DNA of 64,000 bases from NCBI GenBank assembly GCA_000004695.1, contig CM000154.2:2208001-2272000 (forward strand). The letters run 5' to 3'. This DNA is from Dictyostelium discoideum. Its lineage: Eukaryota. The notes beneath the pieces are model-generated. The model worked only from the letters and a program-made list of their open reading frames with translations. It made no database searches and was not told the DNA's origin. The translations under genes were made by a program, and so were the position numbers. Positions 24,832 to 42,571 of the stretch are shown here, piece after piece (position 1 is the stretch's first letter; the number at the start of each line of letters is the position of its first letter).

Positions 24832-25881
24832 TTAAACTTTAGTACTAATATTAGAACAAGATAATACACGGAATTGAGTTATTGGAATATTATATAAGGT
24901 TGATAAATCTGTTCCATATTGAGATTCCCATTGATTTGAACCAGAAGCACCAAGGTTTTCAAAATAAATACCAAAATCACCTGCATTATCAACCATGTAT
25001 CCTCCATAGGTTTGTAAAGCTTGTGCAATTAATTTGGCTTTTGGTGGTAAGGAGTTGATGTTATATGAAGGATTTAACTGAATTCTTTGACCCTCCATTA
25101 TGGTATTGTCCCCAACTACATAACCATCGGTACGGCTTGATACAGGACTACATAATTCATATGACCATGGACTGGAAGCTGATGATTTTTGTCTGTTGAG
25201 AGGTCCTCCAAATGCAATAGCATGATTTAGCTCACCTCTTTGAATCTCGTCAAATCTAATTAAACCAGCAATAAATGGTGCACCTGAACCTCTTACACCT
25301 TTCATCCACCAACGACTACCTGGGACGAATGCTGGATAAGTTCCATTATGAGTATAGGAAAAAGTATCGTATCTTGTGGCCTCTGCAGTGGTTGAATTTA
25401 CCCATTTAAATCTTGAAAACTCGTGGAAAACTTTTAAATTTGTGTCAAATACAATCATATGGCCATCAAGTTTTGGGTCTGGATTAAAGCTTGTTAATAC
25501 TGGTAAATTGGTTATAACCTTTAAACCTAAAGGATCCACAGTTTCATGGTATCCTTCACCTTGTGGTTGAAAAATTTTAATTCTATTAACTGGTAAAGAT
25601 GTATTTACAAGATGAAGCGGTGCTGTCCATTGATAATAATGTAATTGAAAATTTGTTGAAAGTCCTCCTTGACCCAATTCAGTATATATTCTATTGACCG
25701 TTGAACTTGATAAAGGATCAACTGTTGGGTTGTTACCAATTGGTGTGTTCCATGGTGAATTTGAAGATAAAACTTGAGTAGGAAAACCTGTTGATGTGAA
25801 TTGTGATTCAACTACAACTGAAATTATTAAAAATATAAGTGAAACTAATAATTTCATTGTATTTATTTTTTTTTTTTTCAA
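24832..25881 (-). CDS. Secreted protein of unknown function, 349 aa, non-repetitive and comparatively GC-rich for this genome
   Basis: ORF-track ORF with ATG at 25881 and a second in-frame ATG at 25857. The signal peptide is MKLLVSLIFLIISVVVESQ. There are no Asn/Gln homopolymer tracts and the protein is rich in Gly/Pro/Trp/Tyr (…GSRWWMKGVRGSGAPFIAGLIRFDEIQRGELNHAIAFGGPLN…). No family recognised. Confidence 0.6.
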   Translation of the reverse strand: MKKKKINTMKLLVSLIFLIISVVVESQFTSTGFPTQVLSSNSPWNTPIGNNPTVDPLSSSTVNRIYTELGQGGLSTNFQLHYYQWTAPLHLVNTSLPVNRIKIFQPQGEGYHETVDPLGLKVITNLPVLTSFNPDPKLDGHMIVFDTNLKVFHEFSRFKWVNSTTAEATRYDTFSYTHNGTYPAFVPGSRWWMKGVRGSGAPFIAGLIRFDEIQRGELNHAIAFGGPLNRQKSSASSPWSYELCSPVSSRTDGYVVGDNTIMEGQRIQLNPSYNINSLPPKAKLIAQALQTYGGYMVDNAGDFGIYFENLGASGSNQWESQYGTDLSTLYNIPITQFRVLSCSNISTKV

Positions 25882-25885
25882 ACGA

Positions 25886-25916
<31 letters not shown>

Positions 25917-26317
25917 AAATAAAAAGGTGTCTTTTTTTTTTTAAAAAAAAATCTGGATATTTTTTCTAAAAAAAATGGTGAAGGAGTTATCTAAAAGATA
26001 TTTGTTTTCGGTTAATGGTTCGCTTAACAATTTCATTTAATTGATTTGAAAAAATGATTTCAAACAAAAAATAAATATTAAAAAAAAAAGATCAGAAATA
26101 AATAATAAAAACAAAATTATACCATTATTATTTTTAAAACACTTTTTTATATATTTTTTTTTTTGAATTGTTTATTTTAGATAATTTGAAAAATAAAAAT
26201 ATAAATTAAAAATACAATATTAAAACTAAAAAAAAAATAAATTAAAAATAGAAAAATTAAAAATGGTTTTTTTTTATAATTTAAGTTTAAATAAAATACA
26301 ACATATTTATTAATTGT

Positions 26318-27469
<1,152 letters not shown>

Positions 27470-27810
27470 TTATAGATTGAATAATGATAAGAAAAAAAAA
27501 AAAATTTAATATTTATCCAAAAATCAAAAAAAAAAAAAAAATCAAAAAAAAAAAAAAAAATCAAAATTAATTAAATTTTTATTCCCATTTTTTGATGGGT
27601 TAAATTTTGTGATTTTTTTTTGAAATTATTTGAAAATGAAAAAAAATGGTTCATTTTTTTTTTATTTTTTTTTTTTGATCATTTTTTTTAAATAAAACTA
27701 AATTATTTGAATTTATATATTTTATGCCTTTGTGTTGGGTTCATTTTTGATTTTGGAATTTTTTTTCTTCTATTTAATATTTTGTTAAATAATTTGGTTA
27801 AAAATTAAAT

Positions 27811-27841
<31 letters not shown>

Positions 27842-28035
27842 TAAATAGATAATAATTATTTTTTATCAAAAAAATGAAGTATAAAAGGAAATATTTTTTT
27901 ATTTTTTACATTAATTGATTTTTTAAAACAATAATTAAAAATATATATATTTTATTAAACCTTTTTTAATTTTATTTTAGTTTTTTGGTTTCTAATTTTT
28001 TATTTATAAATGATATCAACTTGTTTTCAAAATGC

Positions 28036-28195
28036 CACAGTGCATAGATAAATCTTTCCTTTCTCTGACATTTGATTAGTATTGATTCATTTTATTGCTT
28101 TAGAAATAATATTTATATGATGGTCAACCTTTCTTTATGATATAGTGCATAGATAAATCTTTCCTTTCTACATCATTTGATTGGTATTGGTTCAT
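28036..28195. repeat. Two copies of a ~55-bp direct repeat, about 105 bp apart, 600-750 bp upstream of the actin gene
   Basis: Copy 1 (28036..28090) is CACAGTGCATAGATAAATCTTTCCTTTCTCTGACATTTGATTAGTATTGATTCAT. Copy 2 (28141..28195) is TATAGTGCATAGATAAATCTTTCCTTTCTACATCATTTGATTGGTATTGGTTCAT. They are about 90% identical and sit in a region of unusually complex sequence for an intergenic spacer. Confidence 0.5.
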
Positions 28196-28775
28196 ATATT
28201 ATCTAGATTATTATTGAAAGTAAAACATTTTTACTTTATAAAAAATAATATTAAAGTTAGATTCATATTATTTAATTAGTTTTTATTTTTATTTTTTATT
28301 ACTTTACCTTTTTTTATATTTTAAGCAATCAACTTTTATCTAAACCTTTTTTAATTGTTAGAGTTAGATTTATTTTCTATTTGTTATTATTTTTTTTACA
28401 TTTGAATGATTATTATTTTATTTTTTTTTTCAAAAAATTTATTCTATTTATACTCGACCATTTTTCAATTTTAAAAATTATTTGAAATTAAAAAAAGGAA
28501 TACTCACTATATAAAGTAAAATCTGATTGCCAAAAAGAAAATTACCAAATCTGGAAATATCCAAAAAAAGAAAATGGTAAAAGGGGTGTTATGGTAATAT
28601 AATCTTAGTTTTAGTTTATTTGTTATTTATTTTTTTTTATTTTTTATTTTTTTATTATTTTTTTTAGATCTACTCACAATCACTCATCCACACATTTAAT
28701 TTGACTTTAGATAAAAAAAAAAAAAAAGATGGAAAGTTTATATACAAAAAAAATATACCAATAATTGGTATTGAA

Positions 28776-32954
<4,179 letters not shown>

Positions 32955-33714
32955 TCTTTTTTTTATTTATTTAATTATTTTTTTTTTATTTTATTATTAC
33001 TGCGTGAATGGAAAATGGAATTTTAATTTTTTTTTATTTTTTTTTTTTTTGATGGAAAAAAAAAAAAATTTTGGGAAAAAAAAAAAAAAAAAAAAAAAAT
33101 ATATGAAGAAAAGCTAAATTATAATTATGTCAATATATAAAAATTAAATAAATAAATAAATAAAAGAAAAAAATAAATAATGGTAATAATAAAATAATAA
33201 AATAATAAAATAATAAATAATTTTTTTTTTAAAAAAAAAAAAAGATTAAAAATAAAAGAAAATAAAAAAAAAAAATAAAAATTTTATAAAAAAAAATTAT
33301 AACAAATATACTATATTTATTGTGATGATGAATGGGATTTTTTTTAAAAAAAAATATATTTGCTTATTTATTTTATTATTTTCCTTTTTCTTTTTTTGGA
33401 TGATGATGTATTATTTTTATATATATTAAAAAAATATTTTAAAATAATTATGTTATTTGATTATTTATTACAAAAAAAATAAAAAAATAAAATAAAAATA
33501 AATAATAAAAAATTAAAAAAAAAGGAAAAAAAAAAAAAGGAAAAGGAAATATCTTTGGTATACAAAATGGTTGTGGTGTTGTTGATTTAGTCATCTATGG
33601 GTCAGTGTGGTTTATGAGTATATGTAATATTTGTTTGAATTTATATATGAGGTAGTGGCTTATTTAAAACAAAATACTATTTGTGATTACTATCTCTAAG
33701 TGTTATGTGTTTAT

Positions 33715-33740
33715 GTTGTGTGTGTGTGTGTGTGTGTGTG
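33715..33740. repeat. (GT)12 dinucleotide microsatellite inside a G/T-rich island
   Basis: The run GTTGTGTGTGTGTGTGTGTGTGTGTGG is visible directly. It is embedded in a 200-bp G/T-rich block (33560..33760) upstream of the 28776..32954 gene. Confidence 0.8.
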
Positions 33741-34400
33741 GAAAAGTGTGTTAGACATTAATGGGTTAAATTTTTTTTTTTTGTTTTTTTATACAAATAA
33801 AAAAATAATAATAATTTTATACATATATAAATTTATATTAAATATTTATATAATATATATGTTTATATAGTAAAATTTATTTTTAATAATAAATATATTA
33901 ATATGAACAAAAAAAAATAAAAAAATAAAAAAATAAAAAAAAAAAAATGGGTTAATTTATTTTATTATTATAAAACAAATTGATTCACTGATTGATTGAG
34001 TAAGGAATAACAATATTTACAATGATAATTGCAAAAATCATTGACAAAATGAGTGATTTAAATTTGATACTCACTTTCACATATAAAATTATTAAGGATT
34101 TTTCTTTATTTTTTTTTTATTTTTATAATAAAAAAAAAAATTTTCTTTTTCCAAAACAATGAAGTTTATTGCCTTTTGCTGTTATTGCTTTATTTGTAGT
34201 TTATATAATTAGTTTAATATATCTTTATTTTGTTGTTTGTTTTTTGTTTACTTGTAGTTTTTCAAATATTTTTAGTGTTTTTTTAAAATTGATATATCAC
34301 TAATTATTTTTAACCTTTACTTTTTTATTTTATTTTATTTTATTTTATTTGTATTATTTTTATTTTATTTAATTTGTATTATTTTGGAAAAACATATATA

Positions 34401-34436
<36 letters not shown>

Positions 34437-34762
34437 TTTGGTATGTATTTTTTATTTTTTTATTTTTTATTTTTAAAATTGAATTGGTTTCCTATTTGAG
34501 GAAACAATTTATTATAATGATAATCTTTATGAGGTTAGGGGGGTATTTATTTTTAGAATTTATTAAAAATATAAATAAAAAAAAAAAAATGAATAAAAAA
34601 GTGAATAGAAAAAAAAAAAAAAAAAAAAATGAATTAATTAAATAAAAAAAATAAAAATAATAATTAAATTAAAAATAAGTATCTCTTTCAGTTTGTGAAT
34701 TTGCGTGTTTATGAATAAAAAATTAATTATTTAATTTGGGTTTATATTGTTAATTTAAAACC

Positions 34763-34802
<40 letters not shown>

Positions 34803-35746
34803 ATGTGCAAAGTGTGAGAAAGTGGGTTGTTATTGTTTTAATTGTTAAAAGGTTTAGTGCGAGTGTTTTTGTTCTTTTTTCTTTAATTTTAGTAGTAGCG
34901 GTAGTACTTTCTACCAAAATACGTTATTGTCGTATTCAAAATTGATGTTATTAACAAGTGGTCTAAAAAAAATTAAAAAAAAAAAAAAAGGTGCTTTAAC
35001 AAAAATTTGGATTTCTTTTTTTTTTTTCTATTTCCTTTTTTCTTTAAATTACAAAAAATTTAAAAAAAATAAAAAAAAAAAAAGTTATTTTTATTTTTTT
35101 TTTTTGTAATTTTATTTTTTTTTTAATTTTTTTTTTTTTTTTTTTTTTGATTGAAACGTCCTTTGGTATTAAAGTATTAAGAAACTAATTTTGATTAGAG
35201 TATTTCGTTTTTTTATTATTGCTTTTATTGCCTATTTGATATAGAAAAAAAAATAAAAAATAAAAATAAAAAAAATAAAAATAAAAAATAAATAAAATAA
35301 AAATAATTAAAAAATAAAAAAACTATTGTTATTGCCCCTAAAAAATAATATTTCTTGGATGTGATCTAATTTTTCAGATTTCGTGGTTAAGTAACCAAAA
35401 AAAAAAAAAAAAAAATTTACTTTTTTAAATTTTGGTTTTGTTTTTTTTTTTTTGGTATATTATGATAATTAAACAATAATTTAATCTAGATTATCTTTTT
35501 AAAATGAAGTGTTGTCATCCAATTTTTTTCTGTATATAAAATTATTTATTCTAAAATAAAAAAAAAAACAATGTCTTAAACCATTTTTTAAAATTTTTTT
35601 TAAAAAAAAAAAAAAAATAAAATAAAATAATATTAAATTTAAAAAAAAAAAAAAAACAAAACTTTTTTTATTGTATTTTCATTTTTTTTATAAGCACATT
35701 TGCCAATTTATGTGTATGTAAGTGAGGTGTGTGTATGTACGAATAA

Positions 35747-36502
35747 TCAGTTATTACTTGAAAAGATAACATCAGAAAGTGTAGCTAAACCAGACGTTGT
35801 TGGAACACTTCTTTCATCGTCTTCATTGGTTGTGTCATTTTTGATGATTTTCATTTCAGTATCAATTGATTGTGATTGTGATTGTGATTGTGGTTGTGAT
35901 GATGATGATAGATTTATGAATGATGATGATGAGGATGAACATGGTGTTGTAGTTGTGGAGGAGGACAAAGATGTTGATGGTGATTGGGTGTGTGGATTTA
36001 AAACCAAGGATATTCTTTCAATCTCTTTATTGATTTGAATAGAGATGATTTCTTTATCAGAAGTTAATGAATTCTCTTTAATAGTTTTTAAATTTTCAGT
36101 AATTTGTTTCAATTGTTCTTTAAGTTCTTTAATCTCTTTAACTTGATCATCATTATTATTATCTTTATTGTTTTTTGTGTTTACAGTTGACGATGATGAT
36201 GATGGATCATCAATTTCATCGATAATGGTTTCCATATTCGATAAAGGAGGTGTATTGGTATTACTACTATTGGATGATGATACTTCAGAGCTACCATTGG
36301 TTTGTTGTAGATGTTGAGATAAGGATGGTGTTGATGATAAGGATGATAAATTATTTAACAAATTTGTTGAGGATGAAGATGAAACTTTATGATTATTATT
36401 ATTATTATAATTATTATAATTATTATAATTATTATTATTATTATAATTATTATTATTATTATTATTATTTAAACCTCTTGGTGATGAAATGCCATTATGA
36501 TG

Positions 36503-36601
<99 letters not shown>

Positions 36602-38494
36602 ATTATTCATTCTTGGAGAAATAGGTGAATCCAAAGTGTTAGCATTTCCAATTAATGTATTTTGATTATTTGGTGAGAAAAATCCAGACATCATTGGGGT
36701 CATTGGAAGTGGTGGTATACTACCATTATTAATATTACTTTCAGTATGTGCTCTTTTTCTTTGACCAGTATGTCTTTGTTTATTATTGCCATTACCATTT
36801 GGTAATGATGATAACAAATTATTTGAAGAGAGTGAAGAAGTTTCTTTCATAATTTTTAATTGAGTTGTTAATTGATTAAAGTTTTCATGAATTTGTTTAT
36901 CGATTGAACTATGATACAAGATATTATTATTATTTGAGCTATTATTTAAACTATTATTAGTTGATGAAATTGGTGACGTTGTTAAAGAGTTAACATTACT
37001 ATTATTTGAGATATTTGGTAATTGTTGAGAAGGTGAATGAATACTATTATTTGAATTATTAAGTGAATGTGGTGTTGAAATTATATTAATTGGTGAAGTT
37101 GAAGTTGTTGTTGTGGTGGTTGTTGTTGTTGCTGTTGTTGTTGATGTTGTAGTATTATTATTATTATCATTAATTGGTGAATTAATTGGTGAAGAACCTA
37201 ATAATATTTCATCTTTTGAATCATCACTACTCATTTCTTCTTCAAGTGCAACACTTGTTAATTTTTTCATATTATCTTTAATTGGTGTGACATCAATAAT
37301 ATCTTTATCTTTATGATCTTTATGATCTTTATCCTTATGATCACGAGAAGTATTTGTAGAAGAAGATTTTGGAGAATGTAAAATATCACGTTGACTATAA
37401 CTATGAGTATCCTTTACAACACTTGATGAATCATTTTCGCTATAACTTCTTTTTCTTTTTGTAATGATTTTCTTTGCTTTAATTTCATCCCATGGATCAG
37501 AGATTTGTCTCATTCTCCAATAACCATTTTGTTTGTATTGTTCCATACCACTTTCAAATAAATTTTTACTATGACTTAACATATCTTGAATTTGTTTATG
37601 CCAATTATCCGATCTTTTCTTATCCAAACATAAAAGGTTCCAATGTGCAGTCATAAAACCATAAACATCAGTCTTTAAATTTAAAAATGGTTTTTGAGGC
37701 ATTTCCAATTGAAGACAAAAGAATACTATTTTCATTATGCATGCCCATGTTGGTGATTGACTATTTGCAAATGGACTACCACGTTTACAGAGAATACATT
37801 CTTTAAAAACGCATTGAACTGATGTTGATGGTGATGGCGATGACTCTTGATTACCTCCCATTGTTGGTGAATGAAGTCCAATTGGTAATCCCCATGTTGG
37901 TGATGAAATACTATTATTACTGTTATTATTACCATTACCACTTACACTACTACGTGGATAAACAGGAGTTGGTGGTGGAGGTGGTGGTGGTGATGATACA
38001 TTATTATTATTACTACTACTGTTGTTGCTGCTGCCGCTGCCGCTGCTGCTATCATTAAAATTACCATTTGAAATACACTCAAGTATTGATGAAGGCGAAG
38101 GAGGTTGGTGAGTTGGTATTGGTGAGGATGGTGTTGATGAGGAATTATTTTTCATTTCCAATAATATCTTATAAGAAAGTGAATCATGTTTTGGTGGTTT
38201 GGATATAGTTGGTGGTGATGTTGTTCTTGGTGATAATGTACCTGCTAATAAAGATGATGTGGAAGATGGACTACCACAAGTTAATTTCTTTATTGCTCCT
38301 TCTACATCTCTAACTGCGAGCATTAATGGGCTATTTGGTAATATTGCTGGTGTAGTTTTTGGTGTAGTTGTTATTATTGGTATTGGTGTAGAAGGTGTAG
38401 TTATTCCTGTTGTTGTTGTTTTTGTTGTTTTTGTTGTTGTTGTTGATATTATTGGATTTGTCTCTCCAGAAAATACTAAACTCTCCTTTAACAT
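35747..38494 (-). CDS. Hypothetical Ser/Thr/Asn-rich nuclear-type protein, 915 aa, with a Cys/His-containing central domain
   Basis: A single ORF with an ATG at 38494. The central non-repetitive block is …CVFKECILCKRGSPFANSQSPTWACIMKIVFFCLQLEMPQKPFLNLKTDVYGFMTAHWNLLCLDKKRSDNWHKQIQDMLSHSKNLFESGMEQYKQNGYWRMRQISDPWDEIKAKKIITKRKRSYSE…, which looks zinc-finger-like and has an NLS-like KRKRS. It is flanked by poly-N, poly-T and poly-S tracts and a C-terminal coiled coil. Family not recognised. Confidence 0.55.
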
Positions 38495-39764
38495 TTTTAA
38501 TTATATATGTATATATATATAAAATATGTTATTGAGTTGGTATTATTTGGGTTGAATTTTTTTTTTTTTTTTTTTTTTTTTTTGTTTTGTTTTGTCTTTG
38601 TTTCTGTTTTTGTTTTTGTTTTTGTGTGGCTATTTATTAATATGCTTCTCTATTTTTGAATTTTTTTTTTTTTTTTTTAAAAAAAAAAATATGATAAGTG
38701 ATCGGTTGTTTTTTTTTTTTTTTTTCTTATTATTTTAAAAAAAAAAAATTATATACAATGAATAAAAAAATGAATAAAAAAAATAAAAAAAATTAAAAAA
38801 TATGTTGGGGTTTTTTTTTTTTTTTTTTTATTTTTTATTATTATAATTATTATTATTATTTAAAAATAGAAAAAGAAAAAAAAATGAAAATGAAAATGAA
38901 AATGAAAATAAAAATAAAAAATAAAAATAGATTTTAAAATTAATTAAAAAAAATGAAAATAAAAAAAAAAAAAAAAGTGAAAATGGGAAAATGAAAAAAA
39001 AAAAAAAAATATATATATATATTAAATTGTTTTTATAAATATTTATAAAAACAATTGAGAGGATCTAGATGAAGTTAATAGTATAGGATTATTTAAACAA
39101 GGGACTACTTTTTTTTTGTGATGTAAATGTGATTATTATTTTTATTACTGTTATTATTATTTATTATTTTTGGTGTGGTGTGGATGATTTTTGGCTTTTT
39201 TTTTGTTTTTTTTTTTTTTTTTTGGGTTTTTTTTTTATTTTTTGTGATAATATAAAAAAAAAAAAATTAAATTAGAAAAAAAGAAAAAAATTAAAAAAAT
39301 TAAATAATAATAATATAATTATTTTTTATATATACAAGGATTATTATTATTTTAATTGGTGCCAAATTATTATTTAATCGAACGTTTTTTTTCTTTTTTT
39401 TTCTTTTTTTTTTTTTCTATTTTTTTTTATCTATGTTAATCTGTAAAAAAAATAAAAAATAAATAAAGAAAAAAAAAAGTTTTTTATTTATTATCAAGTT
39501 GATGAAATGACGAACGAAAAAAACAGAACGAACGAATGTAATATGTATTAATTTTGTGTGTTTTTGTTTTTGGTGTTTTTATTGGTTATTTTTTTTTAAA
39601 AAAAGATTTATTAGGTGTGTCGGATATAAAACTTTGTGAGGTGAGTGTTTTAGTTATTGTGTGTTGGTTGTTGTAGTTGAAAAAAGTAGTATTATATTTA
39701 AATAATATTTTAAAGAAATTGAATTCTGTGCCCTATAATAATTAATTTTCAGATAGAATAACTA

Positions 39765-39810
<46 letters not shown>

Positions 39811-40483
39811 TGTAAAAAAAAAAATGTTGGTGTTAATAGATCATTAAAAATATAAAACTCTTTTATGTACAAAAAAAGAGAAAAAAACAAAAATGAAAAA
39901 ATAAAAAAGAGAAGAAAAAAAAAAAAAAATAGATAAAGAAAAGAGAAAATTAAATTAAAAAAAAAAAAAAAAAAAAATGAGTGATAGTGAGTGTAGAAAT
40001 TGAATTAAATTAAAAAAAAAAAAAAAAAAAAATTTAAATTTTTTAGAGCGGTCGTTATTAAATTAAAAAAAAAAAAAATTAAAAAAATTAAAAAAATTTA
40101 AAAAAAATAAAAAAAAAAAAATAAATAAAAAAATAAATAAAAAAATAAATAAAAAAATGTTCAATTAACCTTTTTTTTTTTTTTTTTTTTTTTAATTAAA
40201 TTAATTGGGAAAAAAAAAAAAAAAAGTTTGATGTTATAACAATCATGGGACGAGGGTAATTAATTATGAGGAAACTAAATGGTTCCGTTCGTTTTTTAAA
40301 AAAAACAAAACAATTTAAAAAAAAAAAATTTTTAAAAAAAAAATTTTCATTTTTTTTTAATTTAATTTACATTATTTTTTTTTTTTTTTTTAAAAATTAT
40401 TCCCTATGGGGCCGGGGGGCTTATTTTTTTCAAAAACTCAAAAAATTTGGGCCCCAATGTTTTTTATTAAATAAAAAAAAAAA

Positions 40484-40527
<44 letters not shown>

Positions 40528-40850
40528 TTATTTCAAGAAAAAAACTTTCGTTCGGATAAAAACACAACCAAAATTTGTTTTGTTTTTCTGAGGATAAAAA
40601 ATAATTTCATTTCCTTTTTCTTTTTTTTTTTAATTTTATTTTTATTTTATTTTAATTTTTTTTTTTTTTTTATTATTTTTATTTATTTTATTTTTTTATT
40701 TTTTTTATCGCTTTGCCAGCCAATAAACAATAATCCAAAAAAAAAAGTAAATTTAATTCACTTTTTGATGTGGCTTTAATTTTTGGTTACTATCTGGCTT
40801 ATATTTATAATACCCACTCTTTTAGTGGAGTATAAAATATCTGTTTATAG

Positions 40851-40885
<35 letters not shown>

Positions 40886-40956
40886 TATTAAAGTGGAAAT
40901 GTTTTATTGGATGACTCAAATGTATATTTTAATTTTTATCCAACAATCAATAGATT

Positions 40957-40988
<32 letters not shown>

Positions 40989-41116
40989 ATACTTAATAAC
41001 TTTTTACCTCATATATTTTTTTTATTTTATTTTTTATTTTATTTTTTTATTTTATTTTTTTTTTTTTTATATATTAATCAAAGTTTAGCCATTAAAGGCA
41101 ACTGCTGCTGTTTTTA

Positions 41117-41148
<32 letters not shown>

Positions 41149-41617
41149 AATTTTAAAGTTGTTAATGAAATATTAATAATAATATTGATTAATCAGAGTT
41201 TATTTATTAAAGGAAATAAACAACAATAATTATTAATTTATTTTTGAATTTTAATTTTGGAATAAAACGCAATTATTATTAATTTTAATTTAAATTCTAA
41301 TAAAGAATTTTAATTTTAAAAATATAATACTGTATTATTTCTCGATAATAAGATTTAATTTAAAATATTTTTCTTTTTTTGATATATTCTAAAGTAGAGG
41401 CTAGTTTGAACGTCGAGTATTTTTTTTTTTTTTTTTTTTTAATTTTGATTAATCAGAGTTTATCTATTAAAGGGAACATATAAAAAATTGATTAATTTTT
41501 TTATTTTTTTTATTTTTAAAACATTGGTGTAATTTTATATACTAAAAAAAAAAGAGTTGGGATTTATTTGTTAAAGTCCAAAACTAAAAAAAATAAAAAA
41601 AAAAAAATAAAAGAGGG

Positions 41618-41727
41618 TTTATTTGGTCAGATTTGTGCGAACACGGACGGTTAATTTCAAAGCCTACGAATGAACGCGAGCTCAACAGACGATCAGATAA
41701 TGTGCAACCAATCATCATTCAAATATT
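41618..41727 (-). ncRNA. Candidate box C/D snoRNA, about 106 nt
   Basis: The minus-strand sequence is 5'-UAUUUG A AUGAUGA U UGGUUGCACAUUAU CUGA UCGUCUGUUGAGCUCGCGUUCAUUCGUAGGCUUUGAAAUUAACCGUCCGUGUUCGCACAAAU CUGA CC AAAUA-3'. It has a perfect box C (AUGAUGA), a D' box (CUGA) 15 nt downstream, a terminal box D (CUGA), and a 6-bp terminal stem (UAUUUG/CAAAUA) flanking C and D in the canonical way. It sits on a GC island of about 45% in a 4-kb AT-rich spacer. Confidence 0.45.
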
Positions 41728-42571
41728 ACCCTTTACAAAAAATAAAAATGACAAATTTTCATTGTTTTTATTCATTTAAAAAACATCATTTTTTTTATTC
41801 ATTTTTTATTATGGGTCAAAAATTTTTTTAAAAAAAACGAAAAAAGTCATTTTTTTTTTTTTACTTTTTCCCCAAACACCGATATGGTTTTGGCAAAAAC
41901 ATATTCATTTAAAATTTATTTATAACTATTTAGAAAAAAAAAAAAAAAAAAAAAAATTATTCTTTCCAGTTTCCAAACAATTGTATAAGAGGAATGCATT
42001 AAGGGTATCATTCTGATGTCAAAGTCCAACAATATTCAGCTAGAAATATCTTTCAAAAATCTATTATCATTATAATCATTTCATTATTATTAATCTCAAA
42101 TATTTAAAATAAATAAAATAATAAGAAATTAGGTTTCACTCTTAAAGTTTTATTTTTAAAATTTTATTTATTATTAAAGTTTGCACTATGGAAATCTTTT
42201 TTGAGTATTAAATACATTAAAAGTTTTTTATTTTTAGATTACAATACCCATAAAGATTTAATTTTGTCATTCTGTTTTTTTTTTCTTTTTAAGGAAATTA
42301 AAAAACTCCTTTTTTTTTTTCTTTTTTATACACATTTATATAAAAAAAATAAAAAATAAAACATTAAAAAAAAAAAACTCGCGCCTTTTTTTCATAAAAA
42401 AAAAAAAAAAGTAAAAAAAAAAAAAAAAAGGAATTTTTTTTTTTTTCCAAAGTTGTTTTTTTTAAATATACATTTGCTCATTGAGCTATACACAATAATA
42501 ATAAAAATAAATAAATAAAATAAAAGTTGTAATAAATATTTAAATAAATATAAAAAAAAAAGATAAATAAA

